A program made the translations under genes and the position numbers. From Camelus dromedarius (lineage: Eukaryota): a stretch of DNA of 64,000 nucleotides. The notes beneath the pieces are model-generated. The model saw nothing but the letters and a program-made list of their open reading frames with translations, searched no databases and was not told the DNA's origin. The DNA is taken from contig NC_087436.1 of the NCBI RefSeq assembly GCF_036321535.1, positions 47,680,001 to 47,744,000 on the forward strand, read 5' to 3'. This document shows positions 12,160 to 25,081 of the stretch, piece by piece. Each line of letters starts with the position of its first letter. The stretch's first letter is position 1.

Positions 12160-12405
12160 TGAAAATAGACCCTAATTTAGACTCTGAAAATTATAATTTG
12201 GACTTGGCTCACATTCCATTTGTTGGACAATCTTTGGCAAGTCTCTTACTTAAATTGAACCTCAGTTTTTTAATCTATGATATGAAAATGATAACATATT
12301 ACTTCCCTCAAGGAACTACTGTGAGTTAAATGAACAGGAATGAAAATAATACCTCTTTCCTAGGATAAAATGCTATGCCCAGTAGGTGCTCAAAAACAAT
12401 TGTTA
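12160..12405 (+). mobile_element. MIR fragment (part of duplicated unit, copy 2)
   Basis: tttggcaagtctctt...gaacctcagttttttaatctatgatatgaaaatgataac...gtgagttaaatga. Confidence 0.65.
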
Positions 12406-13456
12406 TTTCCAATTTTAATTTTTATCAGCAGATAAACCTGAATATTAAACTTACTTCTATGAATTAAGTGCATGGTCTTTAAGGCATGGATTTTGAGACA
12501 TCCATATTGATGCTTCAACATACTAATTGATTACTTCCAGGTTCCTGGATATTTAAGATTGCCATAAAAAATTGTACTGTGAATAAATTAGGTTTTATTA
12601 GATTAAAGAATTCCTGTTCAGATCCCATGACCATTAAACATCTTGTTTCAGGTTTTGGATCCCAAAGCAAAACAAAACAACACTAAGCAAAACAAAGAAA
12701 AACAAAATAATAACAAAACCCAAACTTTTTAAAACAATAAAACAGGAGTTTAGAGATCCAAAAGCCTGGATCACATTTTTCTAAATATACCCAGTGTCTT
12801 CTCCTTGGGCTCACAACACAGCAGCCTTTCTAAGACTCAGAAATAAAGGAATCAGGAAGCTAAACTTACTTCAAATTTAACCTTTCTAGTTCACCATAAA
12901 ACTCAATTCTTCTGGCTCCTTGTTGACTGCTTTGGTGCTGATTCGTTCATTTATTCATCCCGCAACTATTAACTGAACACCTACCACGTGCCAAGCTCTC
13001 AAATGTGTGTTTGGGTTGTCTTCTGACTTACACTTCACTGTGACTAGGCTCCTCTTGCTCCCAGGTCTCTCCTAGGGTTCAGATTCCCACTGGTATGATT
13101 CATGGAATAAGGAACTCCTAGATGGTCTTCAGTTCTGTGCTCTAGAGTATCTGCTTTGCTTTATGTTCGTGAATTATTTTACTGACTTTCAATCTATAAT
13201 AAACTTACCTGTATCTTCCCCTACCTCCTGAATGAGTAGTCTCCTGTCAAATACCAACTTCCAGTAATGGAACAATCTAGAGGCATTAATTAGATTGATG
13301 CCACAGGCATGGCTCTCTACTGTTTTAACTTTGAATTTTCTTTCCAGCTTGTTGCTCATGCTTATCAACCAATGTTGTCCCCAAGTCACTGTCCTGTGAC
13401 CTAAACCAGCACTGCTAACCAGCATTGGCTAATCTTTTAAATCCATTTCTCTAATG

Positions 13457-13766
13457 CAGCATTGTAAAACGGAAATATAATACAAGCCACACAATTTTAA
13501 ATCATCTAATAGCATATTCAAAAAGTAAAAGTAATAAACAAATGATATTAATTTTAATGATAGATTTTACATAACCAAATATGTAACCTAATCTCTTCAA
13601 CATATGGCCAATATAAAAACTATTCATGAAATACTTTATGTATATTTTGTCATATTTTTAAAAACCCAGTGTGTATTTTACATTTACAGTATATCTAGAT
13701 TTGGACTAATCACATTAAGTACTCAATAGTCCCATGTGGCTAATGGCTACCATATTGAACAGTGCA
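13457..13766. mobile_element. hAT-Charlie MITE (MER33/MER3-like)
   Basis: cagcattgt...aaatataatacaagccacac at the left end and catgtggctaatggctaccatattgaacagtgca at the right end; about 310 bp. Confidence 0.75.
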
Positions 13767-13784
13767 ACTCTGAGGGATATCTCT

Positions 13785-15130
13785 CCATTCATCCATCCAT
13801 CTATTTATCAAAACACTTCTTAAACACATACTTTGTGTCCAGCACTCTCATAAATTCTCATATTATACAAGTGAAATACATAGTCCTTGTTCTCAAGTAC
13901 CTCTACCAGTACATGAAAAAACTGACAAGCACTTTGGCTATTTCATAAATGTGACACTTACGATAATGATGTGGCATACACAAGGTACAAAGGGCACATA
14001 GAAGAGAAACATCTGAGACAAAGATAGTTGCTGTTAGTTGCTGGAGGAGGTGATATTTGAACGTAATCTGAAGAAATGAGCCGGAGAAAAAGAACAGGAA
14101 AAATACGCTAAGGGAAGGGAACAGTATAACAAAGGCACTGGGACATGAGGGAGCTTGACAGAGTATGATGCATGTAACAGATACAAATGTTTGGACAGGA
14201 CTGGGGCCAACAGAGGAGAGAAATGAGGCATGTGAGATGGATAAGAGACATATCACAAAGGGCCTTATATGCCTTTGCTGTTTATCCTGAAGCTGAAGGG
14301 GAGGCATCGTTTTTGCATAGATAATAAATATAACTAGAAAAATAAAATAAAATGTGGTTGTTAAGAAGATGAACTCTGGAGGCATACTGTCTATGTTTGA
14401 ATCTGAGGCTTTATACTAATTCTGCAACCTTGGGCAAATTATATTGCCTCTCTGTGCATGAGTTTTCTCAAATTCATTGCTGATAACATTAGTATCTCCA
14501 TCACAGGGTTGTCATGAGAGTGTCATGGATTGTTGCATGGAAAATTTTTAAGGTGATTCCCTCAGTAGGCTTGATAAGTGGTAGACCTTATAATTAAAAA
14601 ATGTTAAGTGGTAAAGTAACACAATGAGATTTGTATTGTATGAATATCAGTGTTAGCTGAGTGTGAAGAGTGAATCCAGTAAGGAGATTAATCAAAGTTT
14701 TCAGTATGATGCAACGAAGGTCTAAACCAGGGCACAGGTGGTGGAAAAGGAGAACACTGAAAACTCTGAAAAGTGTACGGGAGGTGAGAGGACTTGATGT
14801 CTGAGTTGATGAGGGAGGTGAGATACAAGAGAGTCTGTTATGACCCCAGGTTTCTTCTTGGGCACCTGAGTGAGTGATGGCACATTTTAACAACCTGGGA
14901 GATAATAGAAAGAGTGGCTTAGTGGTGGGCATGGGAGTGGGGGTAGAGGATAAAGGGTAGACAGGAGGAAATGGATTAAAAATGGTATTAGATAATTAGA
15001 TATATCAATTTGGCTTTAATTATATAGTTAACTATGTGAGTTTTAGGTTATTGAGGGATATTCCAGAGTGAATGTTTACTGTGAGAGAGATACATGGGTC
15101 TAATGCTCAGGATAAATTTCTAGGCACTGA
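13785..15130 (-). mobile_element. L2 fragment interrupted by a +strand MIR (about 14350-14590)
   Basis: cattcatccatccatctatttatcaaaacac (L2 tail, reverse), tgaccccaggtttcttcttgggcacctgagtg, and the MIR core accttgggcaaatt...ctctctgtgcatgagttt. Confidence 0.7.
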
Positions 15131-15968
15131 CTTCTCATTTTCCAAGGAAGTGTTTAAGGATTTAGTTGATGTTGATAACGGTTATAAATTTTGAGGGCAC
15201 AGTGGACTCTTTCAGAACAATCAGGTAAGCTCTTTCTTGACCTGATAGATGACAAAGTTATATATAATTTAAAGCAGTTGTATATGTATACCACAAGCAA
15301 ATCAGATTGTTACAAACTATTCTCAAAAGATTATGCAGACACACACAAAGCCACAACTAATTTTAGAATTAATTTTTAAAACAGCAGAAGTTTGTGTAAT
15401 AGAAAATAAATTTATTCTATTTTACATGAAGGTAAAAAGCAGAGATTATAATCTAATAACTCCTCACACATGTAACAATGATCATAGCATGTGCAGGTGT
15501 AAGAAATTAGACAGAGGTAGACGTTATGATCAAGAAATATTTTCCCCTTGGTTAGTTGTTTCTGTGAATAGAAAGCGTTTTTGTCATATGGTAGAGAACC
15601 CTCATCCCTCCTTCAGGCTGTCTGTTAAGTATGGAAGGTGATTTTTTTTTTTTTTTAAAGATTCAGACTCAAGTCATTCAGTAAATTCAGGAAATATCTA
15701 TGTAAACTAATGCCAGAGAAGTGGATCCCTGGACACTGGGGCTCTGTTAGAGCCATTTATAGGGGAAAATCTCCAGACCTAACCGATGGGGTTCATTTAG
15801 CAGATGTGCACCTGGCAAGTACTAAGATAGGGAAGAAGAGAAAAGTAGTACATTGCGACAAAGGACAGATGTAGGGTGAGTCTGAGAGCTAAAGAAACCA
15901 ATGGGTAAAAATGTTGGATGGGAGGGCTTGGAGAAGCCAGAGAAATGGAATGATGAATCAAGAGGTTT

Positions 15969-16298
15969 GTGATAGATTTTGTTATTGTTCCCAAAATTTA
16001 CTGCCTCTTTCTGTGTTAGGGATTATATTTCTCTGCTTAACAGACACTGAGCTTGGCCTTGTGACTTACTTTGACCAAAAGAAAGTGAGGAGAACTGCTG
16101 TATGCCCCTTTCAAAGCATTAAGTACCACTGCACAGTTTCCATCTTTGGTGTCTTTCTGCCAGGTGATCTGCCTATTCCTGACAGGAGCTCAGTGATGCA
16201 TGTACAATGTGATTTGAGAAGTTAATTGTTGTTGAAAGCCACAGAGATTTGGGGGTCATTTGTTACTGCAGAATAATCTAGCCAAAGCTCATTAATAC
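15969..16298 (+). mobile_element. MaLR LTR (MLT1H/I-like)
   Basis: gagcttggccttgtgacttactttgaccaa and aagccacagagatttgggggtcatttgttactgcag...taataca. Confidence 0.72.
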
Positions 16299-16444
16299 AA
16301 GATAAAACGTGAGCAAAATACGAGATTATGGGCAGTTTAAGGGCTGATTTGATATTAAACCCAAGAACAAAACTTCTAGTCTTTGGGTTTTTCCTAATTT
16401 ATCCTTGCCAGCCTGTGTATGGATCCCTACAACAAAGTATCACA

Positions 16445-16705
16445 GCAGCATGGTGTCATAGCTATAAAACATTGACCAGGCATCAAGCAGTGGCTCCCCT
16501 ACACACTAAGGACATGACTTCTGATAGAGTATTTAATGTCTCTGTAACTCTGTACCTCATTTTCCTCTGTAATGGGGAAAACAAAACCTATCTCACAGTT
16601 TGTTGTAAGGCTTTGTTGTTGTAAGGATTGAGCAAGGTAATGAGTGTTTCAGAGATACCTGGTACACAGTAAGCACTGAGTAAATAGTAACTGTAGTTAT
16701 TATTT
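16445..16705 (+). mobile_element. MIR
   Basis: ctgtacctcatttcctctgtaatgggg...gttgtaaggattgag...cctggtacacagtaagcact. Confidence 0.7.
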
Positions 16706-16844
16706 TGGTTTCATACAGTCAAATATGCTTAGAATTAAGAATTATATTAAAGGTTATTGCAGATGACATCCCACTCAATGAAGAAATACATTTATGGAAT
16801 TACTATAACATATATTTGTTCAGCTTTTACTCAAGCACTTACAT

Positions 16845-17062
16845 GGTCGTTGCATGGCTGTTTCAATAGCAAAGGAAATTAAGCATGCAGATGGAATTAA
16901 GTTTGCTAATCAACTGACTTTGAGATGAAGAGAGCCTGAATTACCCAGGTAGGCTCAATCCAAATTAGATAAACTAGATAAAACAACAAAAAAGGATTCT
17001 CCCCTAGATCCTCCAGAGGGAACACAGCTCTGCTGACACCTTGATTGTAGACCACTGAGACC
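16845..17062 (+). mobile_element. MaLR LTR fragment (MLT1C/D-like)
   Basis: gcagatggaattaagtttgctaatca and ggattctcccctagatcctccagagggaacacagctctgctgacaccttgatt. Confidence 0.75.
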
Positions 17063-18615
17063 TTTCAAACAAATGGTGCTGAAAAAAGTAGATAACCATA
17101 TGCAAAAAACAAAAACAACTTCAGGCCTTAGTTAGCTTAAAATGAATCATAGATCTAAATGTAAAACCTAAAACTATAAATCTTACAGCAGAACGCATAG
17201 GAGAAAATGTTTGCGACCATGAGCTAGGCAAAGATTTCTTAGATACAACACAAAAAGTACAATCTATTTAAGGAAAAAAAATATAAATTAGACTTCATCA
17301 AAATTTAAAATTTATACTCTTTTAAAAAGAATCTGTTAAGAGAATGAAAAGACAATTTATATTTTATGAGAAAATATTTGTAAACTTTGTATCTGATGAA
17401 GGCCTTTTATCCAGTATGTATAAAGAACTCTGAAAATTTAATAATTACAGAACAAATAACCCGGTAATATCTGTGTAAAATCTTTGAACAGACATGTCTT
17501 CAAGGAAAATAATTTCATGATAAGTAAGCACATGAAAAAATGCTCAATAGAAAAATTCAAAGTAAAAACACAGAGTTATATTATTACTCACCTATTAGAA
17601 TGGCTCTAATTAGATAATGACCATACCAAGTGTTGACAAGAATGAGGAGGAACTGGAACTGCCATACATTGTTGGTGGGAATTTAAATAGTAAAGCCACT
17701 TTTCAAAGTGATTTGGTAGTTTCCTAAAAAGTTAAGCCTACAATTACCATATGATCTATTTACTACATTCCTAGATATTTATTTAAGACAATGGAAAGTA
17801 TAAGTCAATACAAAAGCTTGGACATAAATACTCATAGCAGCTTTATGTGTAATAACCAACAACTGGAAAAAAATTCAAATATTCAGTGACAAGGGACTGA
17901 AAGAGCACACTGTGTAATGTCCATACAGTGGAATACTGCCCAGCAAGAAAGAGGACTGAACTGTTGGTACACATGCAATGTAAGTGAATCTCCAAATAAT
18001 TATGCTGAGTGAAACAAGGCAGACAAAAAAGAGTACATACTGTATGATCCCATTTACAGGAAAGTTCAGAAAATGCAAACTAATCTATAGTGATAGAAAG
18101 CAGATCAGTGGTTGTCTGGGTATTGAGGAGGAGGAGAAGGGGAGAGAGTGGAGGAGGGGAGGGAAGGATTTCCAAGGGGCGAGAATAAGCTTTTAGGAGT
18201 GAACTTGAGCATGATGTGTGAGAGGGGCTCGTGGGACTGGAGTACACTGAACAGGGGGGTTGTGGCAGGAAGACCTTGAACCTGTGTAGCTCTGTATGGC
18301 TCCTCTGTGCAGATAAGACAAAGACCCATCTACCTTAAAACATTTGAATTCCATCATTTGGTGACTGTCAAAATGCTACATAATTATGGTAGTTGTTTGC
18401 TATTGTTGTAATATGTCGGAAGAAGACCTTTGATGATGCACTGGAAAATAGTCATAAAAAATACAGACATCTTAAAAAAGAATAAATTTTTAGGGGTGGG
18501 TGGATACGTTCACTATATTGCTTGTGGTGATGGCTACCCAGGTAAATGCATATGTTATAACTTACATTAAATTTATTGCATGTAATTATACCTCAGTAGT
18601 GGGAAAAAAAAAAAA
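17063..18615 (+). mobile_element. Old L1 (L1MB/L1ME-like) ORF2 end plus 3'UTR, interrupted at 18202-18478
   Basis: ttcaaacaaatggtgctg, gacttcatcaaaatttaaaa, tatgctgagtgaaacaaggcagac, aactaatctatagtgatagaaagcagatcagtgg, and an A-tail at about 18604-18616. Confidence 0.88.
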
Positions 18616-20384
18616 AGACTGCCCTTTTACTCCTTATATTGTGGTAGAGGATAAGACTATTTGGAGTATGAAAAAAAGTCAAATTTGGATTGGTCTTTGG
18701 GTTTCACAACATGAGTCCTCATTTAATTGGACTGTGAGACTAATAGGAGATAAATAGAAATCTATACATACACAACACATTTCTTGGGACCAGATCTTCC
18801 TTTCTCTGCACCTCTGCAAAATCATTTCATGTGAGAATCTGCCAACATTTCATAGGAAACTTTAATTTTGAGGTCCCCATATTTAAGAATTTTTAAGTAG
18901 TCATCTAATTTAGAATACCATTAATGTTTTATGGACTGTTGGGGTTTTCAAGCAGCAGTTTTTCATGGTAGTGTTGGTAAATTTCTGGCTTGACAATAAT
19001 CACTGTGGTTTTCATTTCTGTACATCAGATGGCAGGGATTCCTGATCTTTATGTGAAGCAGCTCTACAATATATTTTGGTCAAACCATTTGTAAACTAAA
19101 ATTACCAAGAAAAGAAGATACGCAGTCAAGTCATACATATTTAAATTATTATAGTGCTAATTTTTCTATTTTCCTGTTTTTGTTACCCACAGGGTAAATT
19201 CTTTGTTGGATGCCCTACTTAAATCTGTTACTTCTTTTGCTAGCTTGATGACATGTTTTATATTTATATTTGCTGTCAAATTATGTAGCTATTAACAGTT
19301 TTTAATTTTTAGGATGGGTTGCAACTCTTGAAGCCCCTCCTCAAAAGTATTTTTTGTGGCATATTATAAATTATGTATTGTCTCTGGTAGATCCCTTTCA
19401 AAGACATGTTTAAGTAAACTGCAGTGGCTTTTGACTACAAATTCTCTCCAAGTCAACACATGCCTTACACAAAAATAGCATATCTTGCATCTTACCCTTC
19501 TGTTTGTGCCCTGTGTCCCCTCTCTCTTCCTTATTCCCGCCTCACTCCCTGCCTACTTTAAATTATAGCTGCATGTTATGTTAATTGTTTTTCTAAAAGA
19601 CAGTCTAAATAAAATGTACTTCATTATCATTCAGGAGGCTGGTTCCTCCAAGTACTGATATCTTGTTTTATTATTTGCCTTGATCACATATTAGAGTTTT
19701 ATTTTAGCAAATTATAAACTTTGGTTTTCTTGTTAAATGTGGCCCCAGAGCAAGTGACTGCCCTGCAAAATATTTAGAATTACATCATAGACTTGAACTC
19801 TTGGTAATGGAATTCATTTTCTAGTTCAAGAGAGAGATAATGAGTGAGATTTTCATTATGATAATCAGATAACAAATGAGACTATTATGATACATAATGA
19901 AATGCAAAGTTCTGTCAGCTGGGCCTTCAGCTTTAGTATTTTTTTGGATTAAAATAAAATTATACTCCATAGAAAGTGTTCTTGATTTTCCTTATCTTCT
20001 CCTCAAATATAGTACTTATCCTTACACATTTGTTGGGGATTTGATTACTACAAATGCTCAACTTTTTTTTTTTTTTTTTGATAGGTTGGCAGGAGAGGGC
20101 CATTGTACAAATGCTGACCTTAATAGTGAATTTCACAAACATGGGCCTCATCTAAGACCCTAGCTCATTAATAAAATGTGACAATTTCAGAGTAAACCAG
20201 CATAATATTCCACAAGTTTATACAAAAGTTCCTATTTGTTTTTTATTAAAATTATAATGTTTTCAAAAAGTTAACTCATTACAAATTTATCGATTTGTGA
20301 CGTATTGTTATATGTAATTTGTTTTGTCCTCAGTGAAGAGTGAAAAAAAAAATACCTGAAATGTTAGTAAGGCTGGACCTCTCA

Positions 20385-20620
20385 CTAGCAGAGTAGTTTA
20401 AGAGTATAGAACCTGTGGTTGACAGCTTGGCTAAATGAATGCCTTAGTTGACTCCAAGTTTTATCTTAGACAAATTCTTTAAGTTCCTAATCCTCTGATT
20501 CTCAATTCTAAAACAGGGATAATAACAGTAATCACCCTCATAGGGTTGCTGTTAGTATTAAACCGTGTGATGATGTGGGTAAAACTGGTTAGAAGAGTGG
20601 CTGGCATGCAGATGTTAGTT
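20385..20620 (+). mobile_element. MIR
   Basis: ctaaaacagggataataacagta...ctcatagggttgctgttagtattaaa. Confidence 0.7.
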
Positions 20621-20633
20621 ATTATTATTTTTT

Positions 20634-21041
20634 GAGCTCTCACTGATATACAATGTAGTTTCAAGTGTAAAACATAATGATTTGATATTTGTGTATATTG
20701 CCAGTGATCACTACAAGAAGTCTAGTTAACTTCTATCACCACACATAGGTAACAACTTTCTTCCTTGTGATGAGAACTGTTAGGTTCTACTCTCTTGGCA
20801 ACTTTCAAATTTGCAATACAGTATTGTTAACTATAGTTACCATGCTGTGTATTGAAACCCTAGTACTCATTTATTTTATAACTGGAAGCTTATAAAATAA
20901 ACTTTATTCATTTTGCTTACCCCCTATCCCCTGCCTCTGGCAACTATCAGTCTGTTCTCTGCATCTATGAGTTCTTCTTCTTTTTTTTTTTTTTTTTTGA
21001 TTCTACATACAAGTGAGATTATACAGTATTGTCTTTCCCTC
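20634..21041 (-). mobile_element. L1MA9-like 3' end, inserted at the MIR tail
   Basis: tgatgagaactgttaggttctactctcttggcaactttcaaat...gtattgttaactatagttaccatgctgt. Near-identical flanks agt(t/a)attattatttttt at 20617-20633 and 21042-21058, the latter followed by AA. Confidence 0.85.
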
Positions 21042-24000
21042 AGTAATTATTATTTTTTAAAGAAATGAGTTTTTAATTGCCACCTATATATCCATACAGG
21101 AAGTACATATGTCATATGGGTACAGCTAGATGAATGATCACAAAATGCATTTTGAAGTGTTTGCTTTCAGTCTCGTGCCTGGATCCCTTTTAGTTCTTCA
21201 CTTGTGTTCCTCCTTTTTTCCTTCTTGCTTTTAATTTATGCTATTTTGTTACATTTTATTTGATATCCCTCAAATCCTTTCAGAACAAGGAGGAATAAAA
21301 ATAAATACATAAACAGATGAATGGATGGATAGATGGATATACAGTTGTCCAACATGACCAGGAAGCTGATCTATCCAGAGTCACCAGTTCTGAGGGCCAT
21401 GACTCTGTCCTAGATGTGAGGAAATACCTCCCAGGAGGGATGGAGGACTGGTGGATTAGAGCAGGGGGAGAGCCCAGGGGTCATCCTTATTTGGCCTTAA
21501 TGCCAGCACTCTCTTTCTAATCACTTGTCATCTAGGTCTCCATCCATACCTTTAACTACTTGTTCATTCTCACCTTCATTTTACATTCCCAGTTGTAACA
21601 GGCACCATCATGGCATTCCTGTCTTCAAAGTCTTCTGCTGTCTAAAGCAAGGCTCAGTCATTTCCCTTAATTTGCCAGTAGGGAAATGGCCAATGCCAGA
21701 GAAGATGGTCTGTTATCCCAAAGATTCAGGTGGCTCTGACAGCAGAATCTAAGCTCATTACTATCATTTATCATTTTTTTGTCCCCTTAGAGCAATAACA
21801 AACAGCTCCATTTATTAAGAACAACAGCAATTCTAGCTGTCATGTTTCTTATGCTAAGGTTGGCCAGAAGGCAGTTTTAAGAAGTAGCATGTTGCTCTTC
21901 TTAAGAATGTAAACTAATAGTCAAAAAGTGTGGGTAAGACAGAAAATAATGGATCCCAACTTTTGACAGAGTCTTTTCTGGAAATCAGTTTCCTTTTTTA
22001 TAAAATTACAGACTTAAACTAGATGAAGTCTAGGGTCCTTTCCAATCCCTGTCCTCTCTCTCCCATTCCCCCCAAAACATATGACTTTAGGTTGGTAGTG
22101 GTGTGAGAATCCTGACCACCCTTAGGTGGCAAAATGTTTCTGGGTAATAATACATCTATAAGCAATTGTTCAAACAAAGGAAGAAACTCAATTCCTTTTG
22201 ATACCAATTTGACTTGAAAACATCCTTACTGTACTTAGTTCTTTTTCTGCCATGTTCTTTAAAAATACAAGTTGGATGTGTAGTTTTTCAAAGCAAATGA
22301 GGAGGCAGACTTATGTTCAGGCAAGCTGTCGAGAGGGGCTTCTGTTTGAAATGCTCTCTTCAGGTCTTACCTGTGGAACTAAATCCATGCAGGCCCCACG
22401 TGCAGCAAAATGCTCTGGAACTTGGAACAGGCCAAAGAGAGACCAAGACAAATAAACCCAGCCCAGCCAGCTCCTATCCTGCAAGAACCACTTACTCCCC
22501 ACCCCAGCCTAAGGAGATCACGCCCGCCTTAGGTGTGAAACCCTTCCCCAGGCCCTGGAGCCTCTTTCCTTCTGCAGGACTTAGGCCTCATTCAGAATTC
22601 TTGCCCACAGTCCCTTCAGGTTTCCCAGTGAAGCCTTTGCCTCCTCAAGACCCTCTTCTACCTCTTCCACTGCAGAGCCCTGGGTGCTGCCATCTTGGTT
22701 CCTTCTGTGCGCCTGCTCAATGGGAGAAGGCCAGAGAGAGGGTCTTATTTCACGTTTATCAGTTATTTGGGCTGAGCATTGATGTGTTCGGTGAGCAGTG
22801 CGAGAAGTTGAGAATATCTGAAATTAGTCAAGGTGGATGCAGATATGAACTGTGAAAAAAATTTTGCCCCTGCCTCCTTCCTATTTTTCCTTCTTTGAGT
22901 TATTATCCTTTTTAACAAAGATCCTTATAATGTCACAAATATTCTTCCTTTGTTTTCCACATCTCAGTGAGATAGGCTAAGGATATATAAGTTGATAAGA
23001 AACTGATCACTGTAAGAATTTTATCTTTGATACAAGTTCCTTTCTGTATTCTCTTTATGTTCCAGATGAGGGTTTTCCAGTTTCTCTCAGAAAGGGAAGA
23101 TAAAGTCAGTGTCAGAGGAGACAGGTTACAGAGACGAAGCATGATTTATGCTTTACTCAATTTTGTTCTATAACCTCTCTGGTCCAGGAGCTCCCATTAG
23201 TAAAATGAGGGAGCTGGATGGAATATTCCCTTCCCAGACCAGGAAGCCAGTTGATTTAAAGCTATTTTTTCTGGTGGTCTTCTCTCACTTATGGAATTGA
23301 AGTTTCCAGAGGACAACATTTTCTCTTTTGCTTTTATAGTTTAGTTGGAAGATAATCTTTGCTCATTTGAAATCTGATAATGGCCTCTGTGTTTATTTTA
23401 GCCCTTTTGCACCAGAAACATGCATATTTAATCTCTTTAAGTATTCAATCTCTTGGCTTTAATTTTGTAAAATCTTATTCTTTGGTGAACGGTTCAGTCC
23501 CTCTTTCATTTTGCTTTGCTTTGTTTCATTTTGTTTTCCCTGCTTATACAATGCTAATGTATATGAGTCTTGAATAAAGCAGTTAGGACATTTTCAAAAT
23601 CTGTGCAGAGATCATGAGGATTTAAACAGTAGATTTATTTACAGTTTGGAATCTTTTTCTTCCTCAAATATTATAATCTGTTTTCCAGGTTTCATAGTCT
23701 CTTAATCCTGAAGTACATTTTTAGGCTTTTTGTTGTTGCTTTTTGTTTTCTCCTGCTAGAGTTTGGAGTTTAGTTTCCACCTGGCTTCTCCCTTATTGGC
23801 CTAAACTCCCCCACTCCTCTGGGTACAGGCATTTGAATGGCATTTGAATAGTCTCCTGACAATTATCCACTTGGAAAATATTGTTAAGGGACTCAAGTTG
23901 GGCACCACATCGACATGTGAAAGAGTGCTAATTTTTATCTCCTTTGAAAGCGTTTATTTTCTCTATGCAGTCTCATCTACACCATTTCAAGCCTAGAAAA

Positions 24001-24304
24001 AATATTCTTTGCATCTTTCTTCCTTCTGTTGTTATCCCTTGTCACGAGTTTTCTCTTCAACTAGTTTTGTTATTAAAATTTTTTTCTATTTGATTTGAGG
24101 GACAAGATTGATTTCTCATAAAAAGATACTTACATAGCCTAATGATAACGGTAGAGGAGAGATTGTTAAATCTCTATAGATATGTGAAAGCTATTAATGG
24201 GGACAATGAGACCAAGTAAGGGGATGAACTTTAAGATCATTTAGCTATCAAATGTTCGAGCTTGGATTTTAACTTGGATTTACCCTATTTGTAAGTTCAT
24301 GCCC

Positions 24305-24755
24305 TGTGTCAGTGGCTTTAATCTACAAGTATATAATGCAGCTAACCAGAGCTGAAGAAAATACGGTTTTATTCTCACATAGGAGGAAATCTGGAGAGAA
24401 GGACCCTGTGCTTGGTGTGGTGGCTTGGTGACATCAATGAAGACTCAGGCACTTTAAATCTGTCCTTAGCTTCTCAACTCCACAACATTGGTATCTTCCA
24501 CAGCTCAGGGACTCATTTTTGCTTTAAAAGCAGGAAGGAGGGAGAAGAGTCACAAATACCTCTTTCACTTGAAAGCAAAGCCCTTCCCAGAAGCCTATCT
24601 TTTCTGTCTTTAATAGATTTTTCTCTTGCATACTGCTAAAACTGTACATGGTCATTCTAAGGGAATTAGGGAAAAATGAGTATTTAGATTTCAAATCCTT
24701 TATCAGGGATGATGGCAAGGAAGAAGGAGTTGGAAATGGATGTTCAGTGAGACAA
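24305..24755 (-). mobile_element. Old MaLR LTR (MLT1J/K/L-like)
   Basis: ttttattctcacataggaggaaatctggag and gccttcccagaagcc; reverse-MLT1-type composition. Confidence 0.5.
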
Positions 24756-24756
24756 C

Positions 24757-25081
24757 CACTATGGTCTCAATTTTGTGTCCCCCCAAAATTCGTATGTTTG
24801 AAATCCTAATGCCCAGTGTGATAGCAGTAGAAGGTGAGATCTTTGAGAAGTTCATAAGGGTGGAGTCCTCATGAATAGGATTAGTGCTCCTATAAAACAG
24901 ACCCCACAGAGGTAAATCACCCCTTACACCATGTAAGGATACAGTGAGAAGTCTGCAGCCCGGAAGAGGACACTAGCCTGACCACGTTGGCACCATGATC
25001 TCAGAATTCCAGCCTCCAGAACTGTTTACAAGCTACCCAATCTCTAGTATTTTGTTATAGCAGCCCAAATGGACTGAGACA
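24757..25081 (+). mobile_element. MaLR LTR (MLT1A-like)
   Basis: tgtgtccccccaaaattcgtatgtttgaaatcctaa, ctcatgaataggattagtg, ccagcctccagaactgt, ttgttatagcagcccaaatggactgagaca. Confidence 0.88.

Noticed and set aside
13203..13280. Minus-strand consensus donor CAG|GTAAGT
   Set aside because: Only a weak upstream acceptor, no recognisable peptide, and opposite to the inferred host strand.
15216..15224. Possible 9-nt microexon ctttcAG AACAATCAG GTAAGC
   Set aside because: Very short pyrimidine tract, and the context resembles a decayed hAT-type repeat.
22313..22855. 180-aa proline-rich ORF
   Set aside because: No recognisable domain or splice structure; explained by locally C-rich composition.
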